A DNA stretch of 63,816 nucleotides, counting the filler, from Candidatus Rokuibacteriota bacterium (GTDB taxonomy: Bacteria > JAUVQV01 > DATDCY01), in assembly GCA_031406795.1 (NCBI GenBank). It is 7 parts of 7 records of this genome, joined end to end, with 100 filler letters (N's around TTAATTAATTAA, not from the genome) between each part and the next. Parts side by side here need not be neighbours in the genome. Positions count along the whole stretch, not along the records: positions 27,330 to 29,613 come from JANOHV010000011.1; positions 29,714 to 56,889 come from JANOHV010000093.1; 5 more parts are not named here. One strand, given 5' to 3'. Numbering within the stretch: the first letter of the stretch is position 1; every line of letters starts with the position of its first letter. Shown piece by piece: positions 29,306 through 37,872 of the stretch. A model generated the notes under the pieces. That model ran no database searches, was not told the origin of the DNA, and saw only the letters and a list, made by a program, of their open reading frames with translations. The position numbers were made by a program, and so were the translations under genes.

Positions 29306-29348
29306 GGCTAACCATTGCATCGAGGGGATTCCAAAAAGGCTGCGCCTT
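29306..29348 (+). mobile_element. Truncated integron attC-like site (left half)
   Basis: GGCTAAC directly after the hicB stop, then CATTGCATCGAGGGGATTCCAAAAAGGCTGCGCCTT; no matching GTTAG right end. Confidence 0.5.
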
Positions 29349-29613
29349 GGCGCCCAGTGTTCTGTCGCGATTGGAAACCGATAACTTGAGGCAATCTTGA
29401 AAGCTCTCCTTAGTCTCACCTTGACCGCAGCCATTTCCGTCTCGGCCGGTCTCTCCTTCGGAGAGGAAGCTCCGTGTCCCTCCGGCAAGTCTGCATGAAT
29501 TGAGTTGATTGGTGTGGCAGCGAGGGTTGCGAGAGCGTTGGTGGAGCGAGTTCTCGGTTTCCCTCTCGGTTCCCCCCTTGCGTTCCGGCGCTGCCGCAGG
29601 TACCGTGTGGCCA

Positions 29614-29713
29614 NNNNNNNNNNNNNNNNNNNNNNNNNNNNNNNNNNNNNNNNNNNNTTAATTAATTAANNNNNNNNNNNNNNNNNNNNNNNNNNNNNNN
29701 NNNNNNNNNNNNN
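29614..29713. other. Artificial contig spacer
   Basis: N-TTAATTAATTAA-N. Confidence 0.98.
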
Positions 29714-32005
29714 AAGGTCGCCTGGATCCAGTGCGTCGGCTCGCGCGACCCGCACAACGCCAACCCCTGGTGTTCCTCGGTCTGCTGCATGTACGCGACC
29801 AAGCAGGCGATCATCGCCAAGGAGCACGACGCGCGGATCGAGCCGAAGATCTTCTTCATGGAGATGCGCGCCTTCGGCAAGGACTTCGACAAGTACGTCG
29901 AGCGGGCGAAGAACGAATACGGGGTGAAGTACCAGCGTGCGATGGTTTCGGCGATCCGCGAGGAGCCGGGGACCGGCAACCTGGTGCTGCGCCACGCGCT
30001 CGAGGACGGGAAGCTGGTCGACGAGGTCTTCGACATGGTCGTGCTCTCGGTCGGCTTCGAGCCGCACAAGGACGCGGCGCGGTTCGCGGAGATTTTCGGC
30101 ATCGAGGCGAACGACTACCGCTTCGCGAAGACCTCGGGGTTCGCCCCGGTCGAGACCTCCCGGCCCGGCGTGTTCGTCACGGGCACCTACCAGGGCCCCA
30201 AGGACATCCCCGACACGGTGACGCAGGGCAGCGCCGTGGCCGGGGGCGCGATGGCGCTGCTCGCCGAGGCGCGCGGGACCGAGGTCGTGAAGAAGGAGCT
30301 GCCGCCCGAGACCGACGTTTCGGGACAGGCGCCGCGGATCGGCGTCTTCGTCTGCCACTGCGGCACGAACATTTCCTCGACCGTCAAGATCGACGACGTC
30401 GTCGCGGCGGTCAAGGATCAGCCCGGCGTGGCGTTCGTCACCAACACGATCTACGCCTGCGCTCAGGACAGCCAGGAGGCGATGAAGCAGATCATCAAGG
30501 ACAACAATCTCAACCGCATCGTCGTCGCCTCGTGCACGCCGCGGACCCACGAGCCGCTCTTCCAGGAGACGATCCGCGAGGCGGGCCTCAACAAATACCT
30601 CTTCGACCTGGCCGACATCCGCGAGCAGTGCTCCTGGTGCCACAAGGGGCAGAACGCCGCGGCGACGAAGAAGGCGATCGGCATCGTGAAGATGGCGGTT
30701 GCGAAGTCCCGTCTCCAAGAGCCGCTGACCAGCGAGACAGTCGGCGTGACCCCCGCCTGCCTGATCATCGGGGGCGGCGTCGCGGGAATGACCGCCGCAC
30801 TTTCGATTGCGGATCAGGGGTTCCAGGTCCACCTCGTCGAAATGGACCCGGAGCTGGGCGGCCTGGCGCGCGGCCTGCGCTACACGCTCGAGGGCGGGGA
30901 CGTCCCGGCGTTCGTCGCCGGCAGGATCGCCGCCGTCTCAACGCACCCGCGCATCACGGTGCACACCGGCGCCGAGGTTGCCGCGACCGAGGGCTATGTC
31001 GGCAACTTCGTCACGACGCTCACCACCGGCGCCAGGGTCGAACATGGCGCAATCGTGCTGGCGACCGGCGGCGTGGAGTACGCGCCGACGGAGTATCTCT
31101 TCGGGACGAACGACCGCGTGATCACCCAGCGCACGCTGGAGCAGCGGCTGGCCGCGGGCGAGGTGGCGAAGGACGGCGCGACCACCGTGATGATCCAGTG
31201 CGTCGGCTCGCGCGAGGAGCCGAACCAGTACTGCTCGCGGGTCTGCTGCCAGGACGCGGTCAAGAACGCCATCCGGATCAAGCAGGCCGATCCGCGGGCG
31301 AAGGTCTTCATCCTCTACCGCGACGTGCGCACCTACGGCCTGCGCGAGGACTACTACCGCAAGGCGCGCGAGCTCGGCGTGCTCTTCGTGCGCTACGACG
31401 TCGAGCGCAAACCGGTGGTCGAGCCGGCGGGCGCAGGGCTGACCGTGAAGGTCTTCGACCCGATGCTCGACCGGGAAACCGAGATCGCCGCCGACCGGGT
31501 CGTCCTCTCCGTGGGCCTGCGCCCGCACCCGACGACCGACGCGGTCGGCGCGCGCTACAAGGTGACGCGCAACCCCGACGGCTACTACCTCGAGGCGCAC
31601 GTGAAGCTGCGGCCGGTCGATTTCCCGAGCGAGGGGCTTTTCGTCTGCGGTCTCGGGCACGCGCCGAAGAACCTCGACGAGACGATCGGCCAGGCGCAGG
31701 CGGCCGCCGGACGCGCCGGGGTCATCCTCTCGCACGAGCGGCTCGCGGTCTCGGGGATCATCGCCAAGCACAAGCGCGCGCTGTGCATGTCCTGCCTGAG
31801 CTGCCTGCGGGTCTGTCCGTTCGGCTCGCCGTACATCGACAAGGACGGGATGATCTCGCACAACGAGGTCAAGTGCATGGGCTGCGGGATCTGCGCCGGC
31901 ATCTGCCCGGCCAAGGCCTTCCAGGTGAACAACTTCCGCGACGATCAGATCTTCGCGATGATCGACGCCGCCGCCGAGACCGAACCGGGTTTGGTGGAAG
32001 CGTGA
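29714..32005 (+). CDS. hdrA: Heterodisulfide reductase subunit A-like (large HdrA/HdrL type), 5' truncated
   Basis: Two QCVGSR...CSxVCC motifs, RIGVFVCHCGTNI, GGGVAG FAD site, C-terminal 2x[4Fe-4S]. Confidence 0.93.
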   Translation, partial: KVAWIQCVGSRDPHNANPWCSSVCCMYATKQAIIAKEHDARIEPKIFFMEMRAFGKDFDKYVERAKNEYGVKYQRAMVSAIREEPGTGNLVLRHALEDGKLVDEVFDMVVLSVGFEPHKDAARFAEIFGIEANDYRFAKTSGFAPVETSRPGVFVTGTYQGPKDIPDTVTQGSAVAGGAMALLAEARGTEVVKKELPPETDVSGQAPRIGVFVCHCGTNISSTVKIDDVVAAVKDQPGVAFVTNTIYACAQDSQEAMKQIIKDNNLNRIVVASCTPRTHEPLFQETIREAGLNKYLFDLADIREQCSWCHKGQNAAATKKAIGIVKMAVAKSRLQEPLTSETVGVTPACLIIGGGVAGMTAALSIADQGFQVHLVEMDPELGGLARGLRYTLEGGDVPAFVAGRIAAVSTHPRITVHTGAEVAATEGYVGNFVTTLTTGARVEHGAIVLATGGVEYAPTEYLFGTNDRVITQRTLEQRLAAGEVAKDGATTVMIQCVGSREEPNQYCSRVCCQDAVKNAIRIKQADPRAKVFILYRDVRTYGLREDYYRKARELGVLFVRYDVERKPVVEPAGAGLTVKVFDPMLDRETEIAADRVVLSVGLRPHPTTDAVGARYKVTRNPDGYYLEAHVKLRPVDFPSEGLFVCGLGHAPKNLDETIGQAQAAAGRAGVILSHERLAVSGIIAKHKRALCMSCLSCLRVCPFGSPYIDKDGMISHNEVKCMGCGICAGICPAKAFQVNNFRDDQIFAMIDAAAETEPGLVEA

Positions 32006-32026
32006 TCGTGCGCCTAGTGGCACCCG

Positions 32027-32101
32027 CCGTAGGGGAGGGGTTCACCCCCTCCCGATATCTGCCAGGCCCGGACCGGGCGGGGATCAACCCCGCCCCTACG
32101 G
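32027..32101. repeat. GTAG-family REP doublet (REPIN-like)
   Basis: CCGTAGGGGAGGGGTTCACCCCCTCCC ... GGGCGGGGATCAACCCCGCCCCTACGG in inverted orientation. Confidence 0.75.
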
Positions 32102-32182
32102 ACCTCCATCGGCCTCGCTTCGCTCCCCCGCTGGAGGCCTCCCCTCCGCGCCACCCCTCCGCCGTGACTGTCACGCAAGCCG

Positions 32183-32377
32183 GGCGTGGGCGTGTCGGTG
32201 ACGGGCGGGCGCATGGCGGAGCGCGAGGGAACCGCGGCGTCCGCACCGGAGCGTCCCCGCAGGGGCGAAACGCACTGTTTGAGCCCGCAGGGCGAGTTGT
32301 GCGTTTCGAGCGCAGGGGCGGATATGCCGCGGTCGAGCGCGCAGCTGGCGACCGCACGGCACCGACATGCCCACGCC
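32183..32377. repeat. 195-bp nested inverted-repeat element (MITE or structured RNA)
   Basis: 17/18-bp outer arms, inner ACCGCGGC/GCCGCGGT and CGAAACGCAC/GTGCGTTTCG arms. Confidence 0.6.
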
Positions 32378-32432
32378 TTCACACGGGCAGAACTCCACCG
32401 ATCAGTGACCGTGCCGAAAGGAGAACCGCCGT

Positions 32433-32933
32433 ATGACGACTGCTGTCGAGGCTACGGAACCCGTCGCCTCAACGATCGAGGAGCGGCAACCGATACCGGT
32501 CGGCTGGGAGCCGAACGTCATCGCGTTCGCCTGCCATTACTGCGCTTTCGCGGCGGCGGATCTGGCGGGGGTGATGCGCCTCTCGTACCCGCCGAACGTC
32601 AAGGTGATCCGCCTGCCCTGCACCGGCAAGCTCGACCACATGCACCTGCTGCGGGCTTTCGAGAAGGGGGTCGACGGCGTTTTCGTCGCCGGCTGACTAC
32701 GCGGACAATGCCATTACCTGGAGGGTAATGCGTTCGCGGCGAGAAGGATCACGTACGTGAAGCAGCTTCTGGCGAAGCTCGGGATCGATCCGGAGCGCCT
32801 GGAGATGTACAATCTTTCAGCGGCCATGGGGCCGCGCTGGGCGGAGATCTGCACGCAGTTCGTCGAAAAGATGCGGTCCTTCGGACCGACGCCGATCCAT
32901 GCGGCGCAACTTCAACAGAAGTGTTCCTCATAG
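32433..32933 (+). CDS. mvhD: MvhD/FlpD [2Fe-2S] subunit, selenoprotein (UGA at 32694-32696 read as Sec)
   Basis: FACHYCAFAAADLAG, LPCTGK, GVFVAG-U-LRGQCHYLEGN; MvhD homology continues in frame to TAG at 32931-32933. Confidence 0.9.
32700..32738 (+). promoter_or_regulatory. Bacterial SECIS-like hairpin
   Basis: CATTACC-TGGAG-GGTAATG stem-loop starting about 15 nt after the UGA, with an extendable lower stem. Confidence 0.7.
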
Positions 32934-32957
32934 GAATTGGAGTACCTCATGACAGGG

Positions 32958-33083
32958 GCAGGTTGCTCAAAAGGGTCCAGGTGCAAGGCGCGCGAAATCC
33001 TGAGGAATGAGGCGTACGAGCAGTACGCCGCAGTGACGAGGGGTGAGTGCAACGCCGCAGATGGGCCGTTTTCGGCAACCTGC
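32958..33083. mobile_element. 126-bp MITE-like intergenic element
   Basis: Terminal inverted repeats GCAGGTTGCTCAAAA / TTTTCGGCAACCTGC; internal GGCGTAC-GAGCA-GTACGCC hairpin. Confidence 0.7.
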
Positions 33084-33097
33084 AGCGGGAGAGACGC

Positions 33098-33790
33098 ATG
33101 ATCGTCGGTACGCAGAAACCGTTCCCGGAACTCTGGGAGATGGTCCAAGGCTTCAAGAAGGTGCTGGTGCTCGGCTGCAACACCTGTGTCGCGATCTGCC
33201 ACGCCGGCGGCGGCAAGGAGGCGGAAATCATCGCGACGATGCTGCGGATGAAGGCCACCGAAGCGGGCGTCGCGCTCGAGGCCGACCACGACGCGGTGCA
33301 GCGGCAGTGCGAGCCCGAGTACTTCGAGCCCCTGCTCGAACGGGCGCGCGGCTACGACCTGGTCATCTCGACGGCCTGCGGCGTCGGCGTGAACTTCCTG
33401 ACGCAGCTCATCGGCAAGACGCCGGTCTACCCGGGGGTCAACACTTCGTTCTACGGCGCAGTGCCCAAGGCCGGGGTGTTCGTCGAACTCTGCGCGGGGT
33501 GCGGCAACTGCATCCTGCATCTCACCGGGGGTATCTGCCCGATCGCGCGTTGCTCAAAATCGCTGATGAACGGCCCGTGCGGCGGCACCGACAAGGGCAA
33601 GTGCGAGGTCAGCAAGGACATCGATTGCGCCTGGTACCTGATCGTCGAGCGGATGAGGGAGCTCGGCACCCTGGACAAGCTCGGCGAGATCCAGCCGCCG
33701 CGCAACTGGGCGACGGCCCGGGACGGCGGTCCCAGGCGCATCGTGCTCGAGCACATCGCGGATCTCGAAGAGACTGAGGCGAAGAAATGA
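33098..33790 (+). CDS. metV: MetV (MTHFR Cys-rich subunit)
   Basis: GCNTCVAIC, CAGCGNC, GGICPIARCSKSLMNGPCGG, CAW. Confidence 0.9.
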   Translation: MIVGTQKPFPELWEMVQGFKKVLVLGCNTCVAICHAGGGKEAEIIATMLRMKATEAGVALEADHDAVQRQCEPEYFEPLLERARGYDLVISTACGVGVNFLTQLIGKTPVYPGVNTSFYGAVPKAGVFVELCAGCGNCILHLTGGICPIARCSKSLMNGPCGGTDKGKCEVSKDIDCAWYLIVERMRELGTLDKLGEIQPPRNWATARDGGPRRIVLEHIADLEETEAKK

Positions 33791-34779
33791 CGACGACGAT
33801 GAAAAGTGGCAGTAATCTGGAGAAAGTCCTGGCGAGCGGCCAGCCGGCCGTCACCGGCGAACTCGGGCCGCCGATGTCCGCCGACCCGGCTGAGGTCGTG
33901 CACAAGGCCCACGTGCTCAAGGGCTTCTGCGACGCCGCGAACATCACCGACTGCCAGACCGCGGTCGTACGCATCTCGAGCGTCGCGGCGGCCGTCATCG
34001 CGCAGCGCGAGGGACTCGAACCGGTGATGCAGATGACCTGCCGCGACCGCAACCGCATCGCGATGCAGGCCGACCTGCTCGGCGCCTCGGCGCTCGGCGT
34101 CAAGAACTGCCTCTGCATCGCCGGCGACCACCAGTCCTTCGGCAAGGCCGGCAAGCTCCAGGGCCACCCCGGCGCGAAGAACGTCTACGACGTCGACACC
34201 GTCCAGCTGGTCGGCATCATGAAGAAGATGCGCGACGAGGGGCTGCAGCAGGGCGGCGACAAGCTCCAGGTCGCGCCGAAGTTCCTGATCGGCGCCTCCT
34301 GGACGCCGATGGGGGACCCGATGGACTTTCGGCCGGTCAATCTGAAGAAGAAGGTCGCCGCCGGCGCGGACTTCATCCAGACGCAGGGGATCTACGACGT
34401 CGAGCAGTTCCGCTCGCAGATGAAGAGGGCCGCCGACCTCGGGTGCTTCGAGCACACGGCGATGCTGGCCGGGATCATCGTCCCCAAGAGCGCGATGATG
34501 CTCAAGTACATGGACGGCAACGTCTCCGGGATCACCGTGCCGCCGGCGCTGATCGCGCGCATGGCCAAGGCCAGGGAGGCCGCCGGCGACGACAAGAAGC
34601 AGATGAAGGAACTCCAGGAGGCCGAGGGGATCAAGATCGCCATCGAATTGATCAAGCAGGTCCTCGACATCCCGGGCGTCAAGGGAGTGCACGTCATGGC
34701 GATCGAGTGGGAGAGCGCACTGGAGCCGATCGTCAAGGGGGCCGGGCTCTTCCCGCGGCCGACTTTCGCGAACGCGTAG
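33787..34779 (+). CDS. metF: Methylenetetrahydrofolate reductase
   Basis: ANITD, QMTCRDRNRIAMQADLLGA, KKVAAGADFIQTQ, GVHVMAI. Confidence 0.93.
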   Translation: MTTTMKSGSNLEKVLASGQPAVTGELGPPMSADPAEVVHKAHVLKGFCDAANITDCQTAVVRISSVAAAVIAQREGLEPVMQMTCRDRNRIAMQADLLGASALGVKNCLCIAGDHQSFGKAGKLQGHPGAKNVYDVDTVQLVGIMKKMRDEGLQQGGDKLQVAPKFLIGASWTPMGDPMDFRPVNLKKKVAAGADFIQTQGIYDVEQFRSQMKRAADLGCFEHTAMLAGIIVPKSAMMLKYMDGNVSGITVPPALIARMAKAREAAGDDKKQMKELQEAEGIKIAIELIKQVLDIPGVKGVHVMAIEWESALEPIVKGAGLFPRPTFANA

Positions 34780-34874
34780 CGGTTCCCCCGGCGCGACGTT
34801 GGCCCGCCGCGCCGGGGGATGTCTTCTGTCCACGTCCGCCCTCGGGGTCGGCGTGCAGCGAAGGGAGATTGGCC

Positions 34875-35396
34875 ATGAGGAAGATCTTGCTGGTTGCAGC
34901 GGTGGCGTTCGGTTTCGCCTGGCTGGCGTCGGCTCCGGTTTCGCTGGCCGCCACCCACCGCCTCGGGGCCGGAGCGAATTACTGGAAGACGCTCAGTGAC
35001 CTCGAGCCTCAGGATGTCACCGACATCGACGAGAGCGGGCTCTCCTGGCTGGCGAGCTACCAGTTCGTCCCCGCGGGAATCTTCAAGCTCGAAGTGGACC
35101 TGGAGTACTACCCGAACCTCGCCGGCGAACCGAAAGCGCTGTGGTCTCCCGAGGCCTTCGTGCTGGTCGGCGGCACGCTCTACGCCGGGGCGGGAATCGG
35201 CGTCTACTACAACGGCGAGATCTTCAGCAATCAGCCCTTCTTCATGCTGCGTGCCGGGGTCGACTTCCTCATTCTCCCGTTTCTCTCCCTCGATATCAAC
35301 GCGAACTACCGCTTCAACGACTGGAACACGCTGGAGACGAACGATCTCGACACGGACACGATCCGCCTCGGCGCGGCCTTGCGTTTTGCGATGTAA
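34875..35396 (+). CDS. Small outer-membrane beta-barrel protein
   Basis: Signal peptide, alternating beta strands (YAGAGIG, LRAGVDF, RLGAALRF). Confidence 0.75.
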   Translation: MRKILLVAAVAFGFAWLASAPVSLAATHRLGAGANYWKTLSDLEPQDVTDIDESGLSWLASYQFVPAGIFKLEVDLEYYPNLAGEPKALWSPEAFVLVGGTLYAGAGIGVYYNGEIFSNQPFFMLRAGVDFLILPFLSLDINANYRFNDWNTLETNDLDTDTIRLGAALRFAM

Positions 35397-35447
35397 CCTC
35401 AGCACTACTCCAGCCCAGACCCGGATGCCGGGAGAAAGAGGTGCCTC

Positions 35448-35579
35448 ATGAAAAAGTCGATGGTTCTCTTCGTTGCGATGATCGTGCTGCTCAGCGCCGT
35501 GCTTACCGGCTGTCCGCCGCCGTTCGGCAGACGCGGGCATCTGCCGCGGCCGCCTCACCCGCCGATCCCGCACCGGTAG
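35448..35579 (+). CDS. 43-aa proline-rich lipoprotein (not in the ORF track)
   Basis: GAGG RBS; MKKSMVLFVAMIVLLSAVLTG|CPPPFGRRGHLPRPPHPPIPHR with lipobox LTGC. Confidence 0.7.
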   Translation: MKKSMVLFVAMIVLLSAVLTGCPPPFGRRGHLPRPPHPPIPHR

Positions 35580-35793
35580 ACTCCCCCTCGCCCGGGCGCG
35601 CATCCAGGCCGACCCCCCTCTCGGTCGGCCCGGCCGTGCGCCCGGCGCTTTCACGGTCCGGCCACCAGGTTCTTGACAGGAAGGCCCCGGAGCCCGAAAA
35701 TCCTCCGGCCGGAAGCGGCTGGGGATGGGGGTTCATGGACGGCGCCGGCTGCCGGCGCGACGCGGGTAGTTTTCTTCAACTGACGGAGGTTCC

Positions 35794-37371
35794 ATGAAGG
35801 TTCTGATCAGCGATAACCTCTCGCCCCGCGGCGTGGAGATTCTGAAGCAGGCCGGGTTCGACGTGGACTTCCGGAGCAAGACGCCGGTCGAGGAAATCGA
35901 ACAGATCATCGGCGACTTCGACGCGCTGATCATTCGATCCGCGACCAAGGTCACGGCCGCGCTGCTCGAGAAGGCGTTGAAGCTCAAGGTCATCGGCCGC
36001 GCCGGCAGCGGCCTGGACAACGTGGACATCCCGGCGGCGACCAAGAAGGGCATCGTCGTGATGAATACCCCGGGCGGAAACACGGTCACGACTGCCGAGC
36101 ACACGATCGGCATGCTCTTCGCGTGCGCCCGGATGATCCCCCAGGCCTACGCCTCGATGAAGGCCGGCAAGTGGGAGAAGAAGAAGTTCGAGGGCGTGGA
36201 ACTCTGGGACAAAACGCTCGGCGTGGTCGGCCTCGGCGCGATCGGCGGCGTGGTCGCCAGCCGCTGTGCGGCGCTGGGCATGAAGGTGCTGGCCTACGAT
36301 CCCTTCATCTCGACCGAGAAGGCCCGGGCCCTCGGCGTCGAGCTCGCCGACCTGGAGACGATCTGGAAGCGCGCCGACTTCATCACCGTGCACACGCCGA
36401 AGACCAAGGAGACGGCGAACCTGATCAACACCGCCACGATCGCCAAGATGAAGGATGGCGTGCGCATCATCAACTGCGCCCGCGGCGGCATCGTCAACGA
36501 GCAGGACCTCTACGAGGCGCTCAAGAGCGGCAAGGTCGGCGCCGCCGCTTTCGACGTCTTCGAGAAGGAGCCGCCGGAGAACCACCCCCTGCTGTCCCTG
36601 GACAACTTCATCGCCACGCCGCATCTGGGCGCATCGACGCAGGAGGCGCAGGAGAACGTCGCCACCGCGGTGGCCGAGCAGGTCGTGGATTATCTCGTTT
36701 CCGGCACCGCGCGCAACGCGGTCAACGTCCCCTCTGTCCCGGCGGATCAGCTGACGACGCTTTCGCCCTACATCAACCTCGCCGAGCGCATGGGCCTGTT
36801 CCAGGCGCAGCTCTGTGAGTGCGGGCTGACGGAGGTCCAGGTGGAATACAGCGGCGAGGTCGCCTCCCTCAAGCTCGAGCCGCTCACCCTCGCGGCGCTC
36901 AAGGGCCTGCTGACCCCGATCCTCGAGGAGAACGTGAACTACGTCAACGCGCCGCTGATCGCCAAGGACCGGGGGATCGAGGTCAAGGTTTCGACCTCCT
37001 CGGGCGGTAGCGAGTACACGAGCCTGATGACGATCAGGATCAAGGCCGGCGGGAAGGAGCTCTCCGTCGCGGGGACCCTGAACAGCAAGAAGGAGCCGCG
37101 GATCGTCCAGGTCGACAACTTCCCGATGGAAGCCGTCCCCGAGGGCAACATGCTCGTGGTGATGAACAACGACAAGCCCGGCGTCATCGGCGGGATCGGC
37201 ATGCTGATGGGCGAGAACGGCATCAACATCGCCCGCATGCAGTTCGGCCGCGAGACGGCCGGCGGCCGCGCGATGTCCGTCGTGAGCGTCGACAGCCCCG
37301 TGTCCGAGGCGATCATGGCGAAGGTCAGGAAGCTGCCAAACGTGCTTTCGGCGAAGCAAGTCAAGGTCTAG
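35794..37371 (+). CDS. serA: D-3-phosphoglycerate dehydrogenase (type I with ASB and ACT domains)
   Basis: GRAGSGLDNVD, GLGAIG, INCARGG, TPHLGAST, ACT NDKPGVIG. Confidence 0.95.
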   Translation: MKVLISDNLSPRGVEILKQAGFDVDFRSKTPVEEIEQIIGDFDALIIRSATKVTAALLEKALKLKVIGRAGSGLDNVDIPAATKKGIVVMNTPGGNTVTTAEHTIGMLFACARMIPQAYASMKAGKWEKKKFEGVELWDKTLGVVGLGAIGGVVASRCAALGMKVLAYDPFISTEKARALGVELADLETIWKRADFITVHTPKTKETANLINTATIAKMKDGVRIINCARGGIVNEQDLYEALKSGKVGAAAFDVFEKEPPENHPLLSLDNFIATPHLGASTQEAQENVATAVAEQVVDYLVSGTARNAVNVPSVPADQLTTLSPYINLAERMGLFQAQLCECGLTEVQVEYSGEVASLKLEPLTLAALKGLLTPILEENVNYVNAPLIAKDRGIEVKVSTSSGGSEYTSLMTIRIKAGGKELSVAGTLNSKKEPRIVQVDNFPMEAVPEGNMLVVMNNDKPGVIGGIGMLMGENGINIARMQFGRETAGGRAMSVVSVDSPVSEAIMAKVRKLPNVLSAKQVKV

Positions 37372-37443
37372 CCGCGAAGGATCACATCGCTTCGGCCTGA
37401 CGGGGCGTGCCGGTACTTCCCACCACAACGACGGAGGCGCGGG

Positions 37444-37797
37444 ATGGCAGAGATCGAGGAATGCATTTTCTGCAAGGTGGCGCACGGGAAGCTCCCGGCG
37501 TACATCCTCCACAAGGACGACCACGTCGTGGCTTTCCACGACATCAACCCCCAGGCGCCCGTGCACGTGCTGATCGTGCCGATCAAGCACATCGCCGACC
37601 TCGAAACCGCCGCGGAGGAAGACGCGGACGTTGTCGGGCGGATGTTCCAGGTGGCGACCAGGATAGCCGGCGAGCTGCGATTTTCCAAGAACGGTTACCG
37701 GATGGTTCTCAACAATGGCGCCGGCGCGGGGCAGATCGTGCCCCACCTGCACCTGCATGTGATGTCGGGACGCCGGTTCGCCTGGCCGCCCGGGTAG
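37444..37797 (+). CDS. hinT: Histidine triad (HIT) nucleotide-binding protein
   Basis: CIFCK, DINPQAPVH, HLHLHV, WPPG. Confidence 0.92.
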   Translation: MAEIEECIFCKVAHGKLPAYILHKDDHVVAFHDINPQAPVHVLIVPIKHIADLETAAEEDADVVGRMFQVATRIAGELRFSKNGYRMVLNNGAGAGQIVPHLHLHVMSGRRFAWPPG

Positions 37798-37872
37798 GCG
37801 CCCGGCCCATTCGCCCGCAGCGTCTTCCCGCCCGCCGGCGCTTCAGGCGGGGCCGCCGCGGCGGGAGGGCCG

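Noticed and set aside
29350-29613. Possible ORF on the minus strand after the attC-like site
   Set aside because: No recognisable motif, RBS or convincing start
32433-32696. mvhD as a truncated 87-aa gene or pseudogene
   Set aside because: The UGA aligns with a conserved Cys and is followed by a SECIS-like hairpin and continued homology
35673-35701. Sigma70 promoter for serA (TTGACA-N17-GAAAAT)
   Set aside because: The -10 hexamer lacks the conserved first T; not enough support
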